DNA of 64,000 nucleotides from an uncultured virus (IMG/VR IMGVR_UViG_3300028888_003544) (taxonomy: Duplodnaviria > Heunggongvirae > Uroviricota > Caudoviricetes), in the IMG/VR virus record IMGVR_UViG_3300028888_003544; one strand, given 5' to 3'. Position numbers and translations under genes: made by a program. The notes beneath the pieces were generated by a model. That model was not told where the DNA came from. It saw nothing but the letters and a program-made list of their open reading frames with translations, and searched no databases. Numbering within the stretch: the stretch's first letter is position 1; each line of letters opens with the position of its first letter. Of the stretch, positions 37,528-48,935 are shown in pieces.

Positions 37528-40500
37528 TTAAAGATGCATCGTGCGTTTCGGCTCAGACTCCGACTCGGCGACCTTTACCACGTTCTTCGTCTCTGCTACC
37601 GGCTCGGTCTGCTGTTGCGACTGGTTTTCGCAGAGCTTGTTCTGAAAAAACTGGGCAGCAAGCGCCACCTTGAACGCCTCACGGTCTTCAGAGAGCCAGA
37701 ACCGCTGAATCTGCGACTTGCTGAGTTCGACGGGTTTCTGACGTTCGCCATCGATGGTGGCAAACATAATCGTCGCTCCCTCATGGTATCTGTCCTTGGT
37801 GATGTTCACCTTCGAGATACGCGAGAGGTCGGCTCCTTCAGGAACCTTGGGCATCAGCACGTCAGCCTTGCTCTCAGGATGGTTGACCACCATCTGGTAG
37901 TATTTCTGCGCCAGCTCACAGCGCACCGTGTCAAACTCCGGCGTGCGGAACGACTGGAAGAAACGGTCTATATCCTCGCGCTCTGGGTAGATGGTGAAGG
38001 CTTTCTCGTCAGCAGGCTTCACATAGAGCACATAACGGTCACGATCGTCACGGGTCATAGATACCTGCTCGAAGGAAACCGAACGGCTCACTTCCTCGGC
38101 AACGGCACCTTGGGCGACAGTCTGTGGCTCTTCGCCACGCATGGCCGCATAATCGATATCCTCACCTTTCATGATCTTACCCAACACCCGGATGGCATCG
38201 TTCATGTCATGCTCCAGGTGCTCCATCAACTGCGGATTCTCCTGCAACTGCTGCTGCCAGTCGGGAATCATCGACAGACTGTCACTCGACAGCTGGGCTG
38301 GCAGATTCTGACGGGCCATGATAACTCCCGCCGCCAGTTCCTGGACCAAGCGGTCATACCGATGGGCTTCTGCAGGTGTCATGTCCGGCTGGTTCTGACG
38401 GTTCAGACGCTGGGGCGCACCTGTATAGGCTATGGCGGCACGATAGATATCGTTGGCCCGCTCGATAGCTGTTTCTTTCTCTTCCCCAACAGCGGCTTTG
38501 CGCGAGTTGTTAATGAGCAGGCCATCGTCATTGCTGTCATAATCCGTCAGCAACAGCGGGTTCACCTGTATGCGGTCATCACTTTTCTTGAGAGCTGTCA
38601 CCAGTTCATCCACTTGGTCGTAGATGGGCTTCGCTTCCTTCTCATTCAGTTTCGGGTCAACGAGCGCATCACAGATGGCAATGCGTAATCCAGCCCTTAC
38701 CAGTTTCGGCAGATAGATATCCAGCGAATGGTGAGGGAAAGAGGTGTAGTCAAACTTCTTTCTTCCCGCAGACTGCTTTGACAGGGCGATTCCGAGGATA
38801 CGCGACGCCTTTTCGGCATCCTCGCCAAAGGCTTCGTAGAAGTCGCCGTTGCGCATCAGGATCATCGCATAAGGATGCTTTTCCTTCAGCTCCTGAACCT
38901 GATGATAGGCCTGGGCCTCGCGGTTTAGAGCCACTACCTTGGGACACTCACCCTTCGTATCGTTCTGGAGCACCATAGTCAGAGCCTCGTAAGGACGGGA
39001 CAGACGAGAGGCAGTTACCACATCATCACTCAGGTTGCAACATTTGTTCATCCAAACGCCTTTGTTGGTTTTCGCCATCTCCAAGGCACCGACAATCAAA
39101 CCGGCTGTCACTACGGCTGCTGCGACGTCCTTGCCCGAAGACTCTTTAGCCTCACGGTCACGTTTCTCATCCTCTTTCTTCTTGATCTCATCGAGGGCTT
39201 TCTGGTCTTCTGCCTTCTGCTCTCTCTCCTTCTTCAGGTTTTCATCAAGGGCCTTTTGCTCCTCCTTTTTCTCTTTCTTATCCTCTGTAACGATATTGGC
39301 TTTTTCTTCCCGGAGCTGTTTGATGGTAGCCAATCGGACAATATCCATTTTCACACAGTCTGTTGGCTTGCCAAAGGCAGGGTTCTGGTAAAAGCTGGGG
39401 CTTTCTTCACGAGGACTGAAGATATGACCAGGATATTTATCCATAAACGCCTGAACATCCTCTGTTTCCTCTGCATCGAGATTGCCGAAGTCGCCATTGA
39501 TGATGGCAGAAAGGGCATATTCTGGCACCTTCACAGTGTCCACCTGCACAGTTATCTGCTGATCCTCTGAGGTCAGCACTTCATCCATCAACCTGATTAC
39601 CTGTTGACGGGCTTCCTCCGGCAGGTCTTTCAGATAGAGTTGGTTACGGTGGTCGTAGGCATCCTCGCGATTCTCAAACACCTCGATGTCATCAGCAACG
39701 GCCATAGCATGACTAAGCACCGTATCCTTTGTTTCCGAACCATCAAAGAACTTAGGAACCATAACAGGTACACGCAGCGCCAGTGGGAGATAATCCAGCT
39801 TTGCATCATTGGCCAAACCACATATATGCTCCACTGCGGATCTCTCCTGAGAGCTTTTCAGTCCGTCAGACAGCTCCTTCAGTACTTGTTTCTGCACTTC
39901 TGGAGAGAAGTCCGTGAGCATCATGGCACCTTCACTTTTCGCAGCTGCATCCATGCCCTCATAGAGCATGATATACGGGGGATCGACAGTCACAGCACTG
40001 TACTTTTCCATCTCACCTGTATCTTTACGCAGGAGTTCTGCCTCCTTTAGCAAGAAGACTGGCGTATTGGTTAGCTCTGCGTCTTTATACTGCTGCACCA
40101 CTTCGTCATGCTGTCTGGTGAGCTGGCTTTTCTGACTATCCTCTTCGCGCCACTTGACATCACGAGCCAACCACTCAGCCGTATTCATGGAATAATACGG
40201 ATTGATAGGGTTGATATCCACAGGGATGCCGTTTATCTCCAGTCGGTTCTCATTGAGGACATTGAAAAGAGCATCTTCCTTCACACCCTCACCACCATAT
40301 TCAAGCAAGATATCGAGGTCACTGCCCTCCTTGACTTCACCTCTGGACCGGCTGCCGATGATGGTCACCTGCTTCACATAAATGTCTTCACCAGGGAAGT
40401 CTTCTGCCAGTTTCTCATTCACATAGTCCTCGACCATCTGCTTGACCTCATACTGCGTATAATCCTCCAGCCCCTGAACCTTCGGGCCAAGTCTTAGTGG

Positions 40501-43500
40501 ATTCACACCGTTCAAGAGGTCATAGAGCACGCGGTCGGCCACCTCTTCCTTATTGGTGTACTCAATATGCAGGAAGTCGGCAACGGCATTCCAGAACTTG
40601 CTCAGTACTGCAGAGACCTTATCGAAGATGCCAGCGGCATTCTCCTTGTCAGCCACGAACTCCTGCAGACGCTGGGTACCACGCTGACCACTATATTGAG
40701 CCAAGGCCTCCGATGCAATCTCATCATCCGTATGCAAATTGGGGTATTGGCTCTTGACATCATCCCACACCTCCGGCGTGTCCTTCATCATCAGGACGAC
40801 CTTTTCCCACTCTTTCGGATTCTGCTGACGCAGGACTTCGGCCCATAAGTGGGTATATTCGTGGATGGGCGTCTCTACCGTGGCCACATTGGGGTCAAGA
40901 TAGACCTTTCCCTCATGGACAAAGCCATAGACCTGACCTTCCTTGTCACGGAACAGGATGGGTTTCCTGCTCTCGTTGGTCTGATCCTTATACTTCTCAA
41001 GGACGCGCTCACCTTCGGCAGCATCGAGATTCACGTCGATGCCCGCACCACGCATACGCTCAATCAGGGCGTCACGCAGCTCTAAAGAGGGCATTTCCAC
41101 CTTCTGTTCCTGCTTGACCACTTGGGCAGCAATGCGAACAGGTTGTGAAACCACCGGCTTCTTCTCTATCTCCTGAGCAAGCGGCATCTTCACCTCCAGC
41201 TCAGGGTGATACTGCAGATAGTTGTCGGTATGGGCCAACACCACAGCTCGGACTTCCACGCCCTTGCCGAAGTTGGCCTGTGCGGCCTGAGAGAGGGTAT
41301 GACCTGTGTCGAGCACATTATCCACCAAGACGACAATCGTCCCCTCCGACAACTCATCATTGAAAGTGAAGTCGATCTTCGGCAGGTTGTCGTTGCCGTT
41401 CTCCTTCTTCAGATCGTAAAGCGAGGGATGGGGAGAACTGATCAGGCTGCTGTTGCTGTCTATTTCCATATAGTCACCAAGGTCGTAGGCGATATCATCC
41501 GTATAGCCCGGGATGCCTGTCTTTCCTGGCATGGGGACAAGCACCATCCTTTCACGCTCTGCCTCTGGAATCTTCCCAAAGAGATCGGATAACTGGCTGA
41601 CGGCCTCGGTGATGGCATCATTGCTGCCCCCTTCCTTGACCTGATGGGCCAAGGTACGCAGCTCCTCACCACGCTCTCCTACCCCATACTGGCCCAAAGA
41701 ATAGACCACGATAGGCTTTTCTGCTGCATGGGCAATCTCCACGGTTTCTGCCTTGGCCTCCGGCTCCACAGAAACAGCAACATCCTCGCCTGTGTGCCAG
41801 TCGATGTTATGCTCCTGCAAATACTTACGTGTGGCAAAGATGACTTCGTTGTCCTGGCATACCTTGTCACCTTCCGTATCATTGTTGGCCATATTGACCA
41901 GCCACTCCTTATCCTCCATGCGCTGCTTGTTGGTATCAACAATCTGCTGCATGAACTCCTCACACTTCTGGCGCAGGGTGAACTCTCCCTCGACCTCCGG
42001 GTCGCTGACCATCAGGTCACCGTCCCAATGGCCACAGCGCACATAGCCGCGATTGCGCCAACTGCCTGTATCGGCCATCTCACGCATCTCGCTGATGCTG
42101 ACGAACGGATAGGCCTCACGGGCGAACGTCACCTTATGATAGCGGCCTTCCTTCGAGAACTTATAGGGCAGTTCCTCGGGCTTGGGCATGTTCTTGGTGG
42201 TCTCGTCGAGCGATGCCTGGATCTGTTTCTCCAAGGCATCCAGCTCCGTCTTCAGGCCCTTCAGGTCATCTTCCTTTCCCCAAGGCTTTCCGGCGATACG
42301 CTGATACTCGGCAATATCCTGTGCCAGTTTCGCATTGCGCTCCTGATACTGGGCAATGACACCGGGAATACGCTCCAGTGCCTGCACGCCATAGCGCACA
42401 GCCCCCAAGCGGTTGTCCTTGCTCATGGCCAGATGGCCGTTGTTATGCTCATAGAGGTAATGGCCTTTCACATAGAAGGTGTTACCGGCATAGACCTCCT
42501 TCTTCATCTTCTCGTCGTACATATAAACCGTATTGACAATCAGCGGGAATCCATAGACCTCACCCATCTGACGGTCTTTGTTACCGATGGTTCGTCCGGC
42601 ATCCTGCAAGGCAGCACCCATCCCTTCCACGTTATAGGTGCCGTCAGCCGCAAACTCCTTGACCTTGGGCATCGTCAGACCTGGCAGGGAAGTGCCGTCC
42701 TCGCCATATTTGGCAGCGGCCTTGAACTTCTCATAGTCCTCTGTCATATCCTTGATAATGACATCGTTCTTCTGTACCTTCTCCTGAGCCACCTCCAAGC
42801 GCCACTCGGTTTCCCGTCGGGCCTGCATGTAGGTCTTACGCTCCGACTCCAAGGCCATAATCTTCTTCTCCAGCTTAGCCTTTTGAAGCAGGTCGTCATT
42901 GCCGGAGAGGATGGCCACATACTCGGCGAAGTTCATGCCGTTCTCTTCATCCATCGCTCCCTCGTCGATGACACGCGAGCCAAGGCTGTTGGTCTTCAGC
43001 TGGGTGATGAAGAGTTGCTTGTTTTGAAGCAGGTTGAACTTATAACTGTCGAGGGTGCGCTCCACAGCATAGATGATGATATCCACATTGTTATTGGCGT
43101 AGAGCTTGGCAACCTCATTGCCCGAACGTCTGGCACGGCCATTACGCTGCTCCAAGTCGGAGGGTCGCCAAGGTATGTCGATGTGATGGACTGCCACAGC
43201 ACGCTTCTGGGCATTGACACCCGTACCAAGGGTAGAGGTGGAACCGAAGAGCACGCGAATGGTACCTTCGTTCATCTGTTTGATGATCTCCTTGCGCTGC
43301 TTCTCGTTCTTGGCCTCCTGAATGAAGCGGATTTCCTCGGCAGGGATGTTATAGTCACGAACGAGCTTATCCTTGATCTCCTGGAAAATATTCCACTCAC
43401 CCGGCTTATAGGTCGAGAGGTCACTGAAGATGAACTGTGTTCCCTTCTGCTCGTTGTATTTCTGGTAATAGTCTGCCACCAGACGCGCACAGTGGCTGGC

Positions 43501-46500
43501 CTTGTTCTCTGGGTCATCGCCAAAGAGTTCCTGGTCAACCAGTCGCATATCGAGCGAGGCCTTTCGGCTGGCATCGGTGGCTATGAGCATCTTTCCCTTC
43601 TGCTCACGGTCGTTCAGCGGACCACGGAAGATAAGTTCGCCGTCACCTGTCTGTGCAAACTGTACCAGACGCTCATTGAAGTCCTGCTGGTCTGCCGTCG
43701 GCTTGATGTTATGCAGAATGACATTCATGGCAGGACGGTCGAGACCGACATCCTCGCCTGTGCGGTAATCGGTAATCTCGTTATAGAAGGTGGCCAACTC
43801 AGGGACTTTCACAAAGTAACGGAAACGCTCCTTCTGGACAACGGCATTGGTCACGGAGAACTCATAATCTGAGGTCTTCTTGGCATAGACTGCCGCCCAG
43901 GCATCAAAGCTATGGATGCCCTGCTGCTCCATCGCCTTCGGACGCAGGTACTTGAACAACAGGTACAGCTCCGTCAGTGAGTTGCTGATGGTCGTACCAC
44001 TCAGGAAGGTTGCTCCCAAGTCTTTTCCCGTTCGCTTCTGAATGGTGCGCAGGGCATAAAGGAGGTTGAGTGCCTTCTGGCTACCCGCAGGATTACCCAA
44101 TCCTGACACGCGCTGATGACGGGTCGTGAACATAAGGTTCTTGAACTGATGACTCTCATCGATGAAGATATGGTCGATACCCATGTTCCCGAAGTCCACA
44201 AAGTCATCCTTCCGGGATGCCATGTCACTCTGAAGTTCCATGATCTTCACCTGCAGGTTCTCCTTGCGCTTCTCCAGTCCTGTGAGCATACGCCCGGAGA
44301 TATTACCGCCCTGCTGCCGCAGGATGTCGAGGGCTTCGTCGATGTCACGCAGCTCATCCGACAGGATCTGCTGCTGAATATCCATCGACTGCGGAATCTT
44401 GCCGAACTGGTCGTGAGACATGACGACGCAGGCATAGTCGTTGTTCTTGATGCGATTGAAGAAGTCCACACGGTTTGCGGGTGAAAAGTCCTTCTCGCTG
44501 GCATAGAGAATCTTATCGTCAGGGAAAGCGGCCTGATAGGTGTTGGCTATCTCGGCGACATTGGCCTTCAGCGCGATAATCATCGGCTTATTGGCCAGTC
44601 CCAGACGGTGCATTTCGTGGGCAGCCATACACATGATGAGCGTTTTTCCTGTCCCCACCTCATGGTCGCAGATGCCACCACCGTTCTGGAGGAGCATCCA
44701 TACGCAGTCCTTCTGGGACTTGTAGATGTCCTTCACATTGAAACGGCTGCTACCAAGAGCCTTCATGTCGATACCGGGGAAGGTCTGGTGACTGCCATCG
44801 TATTTCGCCTTGACAAAGCAGTTGAACTTGCGATTGTACATCTCCTGCAGCTCATCGCGCTTATCTTTGGGCAGGTTTGTAAGGTAGTCCGTGAAACCCT
44901 CACGGATTTCCTGAATCTTCGAGCTGGCCAACTGGATTTTCTCCATGTCCGGCGCCTTGATGTCGTTGCCGTTATCATCGGCACCCACACACTTCTGAAT
45001 ATCAGGTGTCGTGTCGTGGAAGGCATGCTGTAACAGTGCCATGCCGTCATAGTCCTTATACTCGCCACGCACACAGTATTCCTCGCGGATTTTCAGGTTA
45101 TAGCGGTTCTCGGCCTTGATAGAGTATTCATCGATATGCTCGGCATAGTGAATCTCCATCTTCGTGTCGAAAAGCTTGCCGACATATTCCTCGTAATACT
45201 CCGTTGGAATCCATCGCTCACCGAACTGCAGACCGATGTCGTCAAAGGCAATCTGCTGGGGCAGCGACTGCTCCAGTGCGGCCTTGGTCTCTTGCAAGGC
45301 GGGAACGATCTTGGGGTCATCGGCATGTTCCTGAGCCAGTTCAATGGCATCATTCACATAGGCCAGCTTATCATAGACATTGCCGGAGAGGGCCTTGCTG
45401 CTGATTTCGTAGCTGCCATCGGGCATGTAATAGATACGTCCTTTCAACTCATTGACCAAATCGCCCTGCGTATGGCCAGTGATACCGGCCATATACTCCA
45501 AGTCCACCTGACCATAGCGGTTCAGCGAGGCAAAGAGGGCTTCCTCCGGGGTATCAACATGACTGATTTCGTAGGCCACAAAGGACACGGGACGCTCGAA
45601 GATGTCGGCCTTGACAAAGGTCTTGTCAACGGCATTCTCCAGCGTCAGCACGTCACGTCCCTTGCTATCGTTCATGATGGCACTGGCATTCTTGCGCTCG
45701 TTGAGATAGCCGAACTTCTCTACAAACTCGTCGTAATACTGATTCAGCTTCGCACGGAGTTCCGGCTGGGCTTCACGTGACTGAGCCTCGGTGTCATAGA
45801 GTTCTTCGTAGGCATCGCGAATCTGATAGTAGAGCTGCATACGCTGCTCATCCTTGGAAAGCTCCTTGGGCTTTTCCTCTTGCTGGACTGTTGGCTGTGC
45901 CTGCTGCACTTCCTGACTGTCCCACATGGAAAAGAGGTCGAGCTGGACGGGGGCGCTCTGCTGCACCTGTTGCACCTGCGGTTTCACCTGAACCTGCTTA
46001 ACTGGCTCCGGCTTCTGCTCCACGACTTTAGGGGCATTGGCCTTATAATAATCCACAAAGTCCTTATACAGGTCACGCTTGAAATACTCTGTAAGCAGTT
46101 GGGCTATCCCCTCCATGCCGCCGTCATGGGTGCATACCAGTGTCGGCTTGCCGTAGGGGTCGGTGCCTTTCTCCATCTTCGTGGCCACGATAGCCTCCGA
46201 GTCAGGGGCCATCATCGATTTCCACCAGTGACAGTTCATGGAGATATCCGTCCAGTCCTCACCGCTCATCGCCTTGAAGCCTGTGTTCACATCACAGAAA
46301 GCCTGTGTGTCGGGATCGAGCGACATGTCATAGCCCGTGTATTTCTGGAGGACTACTAAGTCGGAACCTACATCCGTTCCTGCCTCGTCGCGGAACATGC
46401 CATCGGGCAGACGGAAAGCTCCCACAAGACGGGCATTCTTAGCCAGTTCCTCGCGGATGGGATTGTTCGACGGAGAATCCATGAATCCCCTGGAGGTGAT

Positions 46501-47238
46501 GAACGCCACAAAACCACCCTCACGTACCTGGTCGAGGGCTTTCAGGAAGAAGTAGTTGTGGATGGTCGAGACGGCATAGCGTTTCGCATCGTTGCCACTC
46601 TTGCGGTATTCATCATCCATCACCTTGATGTCGCCGAAGGGAATATTAGATGTCGCAACGTCAAATGTCCCCTTCAGCTCAGGCCTGATGGTCTCAAAAC
46701 CGTCTATTGTAACACTGTCGTTCGGATTCAGAGCCTTCAGGATGCGACCAGTAAGCAGGTCTTTCTCAAAGGCACTGACCCTCACATCGGGATACTCGCC
46801 CTTGAAGGCATCGCCGAATTTGCCGATACCTGCCGAGGGGTCGAGCATCGATCTCACCTCCACGCCTGAGTCCTTCATCACCTTGGCTATCGCGCCGATG
46901 ACAGGCGCAGGTGTGTAGAACGAGGTTAACACAGAGTTTTTCAAGCTCTGAACATACTCTCGATACTGCCTGTCATCCTTGCTGCTCTCACGTAACAGTT
47001 CATGAAGGCGAAGGGTATCTGCTATAAACGGACGGTCGGAGGGCTTCCATACTTTCTCATTCTGAATACTGTCCTTGTCAACAGGGTTGAGCACGAACTT
47101 CAGACCACCAAAACCGCTGTATCTCTTCAGGACTTCACGCTCCACATCCGTCGCCGCCCTACCCTCTTTTTCGAGTTGGAAGACGGTACGGATAGCGGCA
47201 ATGTTATCCTGTAACTTTTGTCTCTTGTTATATGCCAT
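37528..47238 (-). CDS. Giant polyvalent N6-adenine MTase-SNF2 helicase (DarB-like) with PRTase, zincin, NTase and MutS-I domains
   Basis: LDPSAGIG, NIPF; HEVGTGKT, IDESH, EQRNGR; VLVDNVLDTGHT; HEYTH; GSR...SDLD; GDFYEAF...YLPKLV. Confidence 0.9.
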   Translation of the reverse strand: MAYNKRQKLQDNIAAIRTVFQLEKEGRAATDVEREVLKRYSGFGGLKFVLNPVDKDSIQNEKVWKPSDRPFIADTLRLHELLRESSKDDRQYREYVQSLKNSVLTSFYTPAPVIGAIAKVMKDSGVEVRSMLDPSAGIGKFGDAFKGEYPDVRVSAFEKDLLTGRILKALNPNDSVTIDGFETIRPELKGTFDVATSNIPFGDIKVMDDEYRKSGNDAKRYAVSTIHNYFFLKALDQVREGGFVAFITSRGFMDSPSNNPIREELAKNARLVGAFRLPDGMFRDEAGTDVGSDLVVLQKYTGYDMSLDPDTQAFCDVNTGFKAMSGEDWTDISMNCHWWKSMMAPDSEAIVATKMEKGTDPYGKPTLVCTHDGGMEGIAQLLTEYFKRDLYKDFVDYYKANAPKVVEQKPEPVKQVQVKPQVQQVQQSAPVQLDLFSMWDSQEVQQAQPTVQQEEKPKELSKDEQRMQLYYQIRDAYEELYDTEAQSREAQPELRAKLNQYYDEFVEKFGYLNERKNASAIMNDSKGRDVLTLENAVDKTFVKADIFERPVSFVAYEISHVDTPEEALFASLNRYGQVDLEYMAGITGHTQGDLVNELKGRIYYMPDGSYEISSKALSGNVYDKLAYVNDAIELAQEHADDPKIVPALQETKAALEQSLPQQIAFDDIGLQFGERWIPTEYYEEYVGKLFDTKMEIHYAEHIDEYSIKAENRYNLKIREEYCVRGEYKDYDGMALLQHAFHDTTPDIQKCVGADDNGNDIKAPDMEKIQLASSKIQEIREGFTDYLTNLPKDKRDELQEMYNRKFNCFVKAKYDGSHQTFPGIDMKALGSSRFNVKDIYKSQKDCVWMLLQNGGGICDHEVGTGKTLIMCMAAHEMHRLGLANKPMIIALKANVAEIANTYQAAFPDDKILYASEKDFSPANRVDFFNRIKNNDYACVVMSHDQFGKIPQSMDIQQQILSDELRDIDEALDILRQQGGNISGRMLTGLEKRKENLQVKIMELQSDMASRKDDFVDFGNMGIDHIFIDESHQFKNLMFTTRHQRVSGLGNPAGSQKALNLLYALRTIQKRTGKDLGATFLSGTTISNSLTELYLLFKYLRPKAMEQQGIHSFDAWAAVYAKKTSDYEFSVTNAVVQKERFRYFVKVPELATFYNEITDYRTGEDVGLDRPAMNVILHNIKPTADQQDFNERLVQFAQTGDGELIFRGPLNDREQKGKMLIATDASRKASLDMRLVDQELFGDDPENKASHCARLVADYYQKYNEQKGTQFIFSDLSTYKPGEWNIFQEIKDKLVRDYNIPAEEIRFIQEAKNEKQRKEIIKQMNEGTIRVLFGSTSTLGTGVNAQKRAVAVHHIDIPWRPSDLEQRNGRARRSGNEVAKLYANNNVDIIIYAVERTLDSYKFNLLQNKQLFITQLKTNSLGSRVIDEGAMDEENGMNFAEYVAILSGNDDLLQKAKLEKKIMALESERKTYMQARRETEWRLEVAQEKVQKNDVIIKDMTEDYEKFKAAAKYGEDGTSLPGLTMPKVKEFAADGTYNVEGMGAALQDAGRTIGNKDRQMGEVYGFPLIVNTVYMYDEKMKKEVYAGNTFYVKGHYLYEHNNGHLAMSKDNRLGAVRYGVQALERIPGVIAQYQERNAKLAQDIAEYQRIAGKPWGKEDDLKGLKTELDALEKQIQASLDETTKNMPKPEELPYKFSKEGRYHKVTFAREAYPFVSISEMREMADTGSWRNRGYVRCGHWDGDLMVSDPEVEGEFTLRQKCEEFMQQIVDTNKQRMEDKEWLVNMANNDTEGDKVCQDNEVIFATRKYLQEHNIDWHTGEDVAVSVEPEAKAETVEIAHAAEKPIVVYSLGQYGVGERGEELRTLAHQVKEGGSNDAITEAVSQLSDLFGKIPEAERERMVLVPMPGKTGIPGYTDDIAYDLGDYMEIDSNSSLISSPHPSLYDLKKENGNDNLPKIDFTFNDELSEGTIVVLVDNVLDTGHTLSQAAQANFGKGVEVRAVVLAHTDNYLQYHPELEVKMPLAQEIEKKPVVSQPVRIAAQVVKQEQKVEMPSLELRDALIERMRGAGIDVNLDAAEGERVLEKYKDQTNESRKPILFRDKEGQVYGFVHEGKVYLDPNVATVETPIHEYTHLWAEVLRQQNPKEWEKVVLMMKDTPEVWDDVKSQYPNLHTDDEIASEALAQYSGQRGTQRLQEFVADKENAAGIFDKVSAVLSKFWNAVADFLHIEYTNKEEVADRVLYDLLNGVNPLRLGPKVQGLEDYTQYEVKQMVEDYVNEKLAEDFPGEDIYVKQVTIIGSRSRGEVKEGSDLDILLEYGGEGVKEDALFNVLNENRLEINGIPVDINPINPYYSMNTAEWLARDVKWREEDSQKSQLTRQHDEVVQQYKDAELTNTPVFLLKEAELLRKDTGEMEKYSAVTVDPPYIMLYEGMDAAAKSEGAMMLTDFSPEVQKQVLKELSDGLKSSQERSAVEHICGLANDAKLDYLPLALRVPVMVPKFFDGSETKDTVLSHAMAVADDIEVFENREDAYDHRNQLYLKDLPEEARQQVIRLMDEVLTSEDQQITVQVDTVKVPEYALSAIINGDFGNLDAEETEDVQAFMDKYPGHIFSPREESPSFYQNPAFGKPTDCVKMDIVRLATIKQLREEKANIVTEDKKEKKEEQKALDENLKKEREQKAEDQKALDEIKKKEDEKRDREAKESSGKDVAAAVVTAGLIVGALEMAKTNKGVWMNKCCNLSDDVVTASRLSRPYEALTMVLQNDTKGECPKVVALNREAQAYHQVQELKEKHPYAMILMRNGDFYEAFGEDAEKASRILGIALSKQSAGRKKFDYTSFPHHSLDIYLPKLVRAGLRIAICDALVDPKLNEKEAKPIYDQVDELVTALKKSDDRIQVNPLLLTDYDSNDDGLLINNSRKAAVGEEKETAIERANDIYRAAIAYTGAPQRLNRQNQPDMTPAEAHRYDRLVQELAAGVIMARQNLPAQLSSDSLSMIPDWQQQLQENPQLMEHLEHDMNDAIRVLGKIMKGEDIDYAAMRGEEPQTVAQGAVAEEVSRSVSFEQVSMTRDDRDRYVLYVKPADEKAFTIYPEREDIDRFFQSFRTPEFDTVRCELAQKYYQMVVNHPESKADVLMPKVPEGADLSRISKVNITKDRYHEGATIMFATIDGERQKPVELSKSQIQRFWLSEDREAFKVALAAQFFQNKLCENQSQQQTEPVAETKNVVKVAESESEPKRTMHL

Positions 47239-47250
47239 AGTATTTTCTCT

Positions 47251-48741
47251 TTATCGGTGCAAACCCACTGACACGTCGCGCACCTCTCCTCGTGCCAGTC
47301 CGCGCAGCTCGGCCTTGACATCGGCCTTCCACGCATCGGGGATGTTTCCCATCGCCCTTTCTGAATTGCTGAACAACACTTCATAGAAGAAGTCCCTGCC
47401 CTTGGGCCGCAGATAGAAGCCGCCACAGTCGGCAGCCAGTTCAATGGCTTTCCGCTGGTTGGATGTCAACTCTCTGGCCGACGGGTCGGTAGTACGCTCC
47501 ACCAAGGCTTTCTTTGCAGCATCATAGCGATAGTCAGGGCAACGCAAACGCGAGGCCTGACCGAACTTCAGGGCGGCATCGAAGGGTGTCACGTCCTGAC
47601 GGCCCGTGTAGGTCTGGACTGCTTTCAGCTTTGCAGGGTCTTGCCGCAATTCCTCCAGCGTCGGATAATACAACGCAACACGGTCGTAGAAACCGAGGCC
47701 GTGCGGATTGGTATCGTAGGCGAAGCCGTCGTGAAACTCCATGTCTATCGCAAACTCGCCGTTGTCATCGAACTTGACGTAGGGCGGAAGCGTGTCAACG
47801 CTTGACAGTCCCTTGCCACTGAGTACGGGGAAACTATCACGGTTCAGGATGATACCCTCCACGGGACCTTTCGGACACTCCAGTTCGGAGCAGCTGATGC
47901 CCGACTGTGACAGCAACCGCCGACGGCTGTATTCCAGCGCATGGAGAAAGGTCTCGATATGGGGAGCATCTTCCAAAACACAGGGTTTGTCGGCCTTACG
48001 GGCAGCAGGGACGACTTCGGCTAATGTGAAGTTGCGGGTGCTGTCGTTATCCATCACACGAATGGCATGACTGCGTGCATGGTTGGCATCCCCGGCAAAG
48101 GCCTTCATAGTGGAAGCGAGCTTCGTGTAGAGATTCAAGCCGTATGGAGGCAGTTGCTCTGCATCGATACGGTTGCCGCGCTGCAGGATGACAAAGTCGG
48201 CAGGCACGATGCGGTTGTCGCTGAAATACACGCCAAGAGCAAGCTCTTCCTCAGCGAAACGGTTCAGCCAGCCACTGCGCTCATCCTCCGTGAAACTGAC
48301 GATGCACGGCTTGTCCATGAAATAGGCCACACCATCAGAGTCACCGCCACTGATACGTCCATTCAACTGCTTGGCCATGTCCACACACTGGGCATAAAGC
48401 TCACGGGAACGATGACGATCACGGATGAGCGAGGTCTCAAACTCATGAACCTGGTCTGTGTCCATCAGCCCACGACACCACTTCTCAGCACCTGTCTTCG
48501 TCCTGAACTCCTCCACCCAACAGTCGTTGGTGCTGTTGTCGAAGGCCACATATTTGGCTCCGTCACGGAAATAGCCCTGGGCACCAGTATGAGCAGGAAA
48601 GGTCAGGCTACGTGACCTGCGCTCGCTTTCGAGTATCTCGCCCAATACCTTCTGGGCTTCCTCGCCAGTAAGCAGCTGCTGTCCACTGTAGCCTGACCCC
48701 TGACTTGCCGCCATGTTATGTGTGTTCATCTCCGATGCCAT
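47251..48741 (-). CDS. Hypothetical protein with a shared C-terminal module
   Basis: 496 aa, ends GLHR. Confidence 0.75.
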   Translation of the reverse strand: MASEMNTHNMAASQGSGYSGQQLLTGEEAQKVLGEILESERRSRSLTFPAHTGAQGYFRDGAKYVAFDNSTNDCWVEEFRTKTGAEKWCRGLMDTDQVHEFETSLIRDRHRSRELYAQCVDMAKQLNGRISGGDSDGVAYFMDKPCIVSFTEDERSGWLNRFAEEELALGVYFSDNRIVPADFVILQRGNRIDAEQLPPYGLNLYTKLASTMKAFAGDANHARSHAIRVMDNDSTRNFTLAEVVPAARKADKPCVLEDAPHIETFLHALEYSRRRLLSQSGISCSELECPKGPVEGIILNRDSFPVLSGKGLSSVDTLPPYVKFDDNGEFAIDMEFHDGFAYDTNPHGLGFYDRVALYYPTLEELRQDPAKLKAVQTYTGRQDVTPFDAALKFGQASRLRCPDYRYDAAKKALVERTTDPSARELTSNQRKAIELAADCGGFYLRPKGRDFFYEVLFSNSERAMGNIPDAWKADVKAELRGLARGEVRDVSVGLHR

Positions 48742-48931
48742 CCACTAACACGGCCATAGCCAGCTCCTGTGCCTGATCGACGGTCAAGCCGTCGCGACGG
48801 GCATTCTCATACTTCTCCTCGGCAGCATCAGCCAGATCGTCGAGGACTTCATCACTCACGGGGAAACCAGTGCCCCACTCCTCCTTCAGTCGCTGGAGAT
48901 AGCGGCGGTAATAAGACATCTCCTTCGGCAT
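48716..48931 (-). CDS. DUF1896-family protein
   Basis: SYY...L...ADAA...YE.ARRDG.....AQELAMAVL. Confidence 0.75.
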   Translation of the reverse strand: MPKEMSYYRRYLQRLKEEWGTGFPVSDEVLDDLADAAEEKYENARRDGLTVDQAQELAMAVLVDGIGDEHT

Positions 48932-48935
48932 GACG

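Noticed and set aside
37498..46918. Long plus-strand ORFs (e.g. 41644-43872, 37498-38688)
   Set aside because: Antisense shadows of the GC-rich giant gene with no motifs; the same applies to 196-1017, 20374-21216 and 28680-29591
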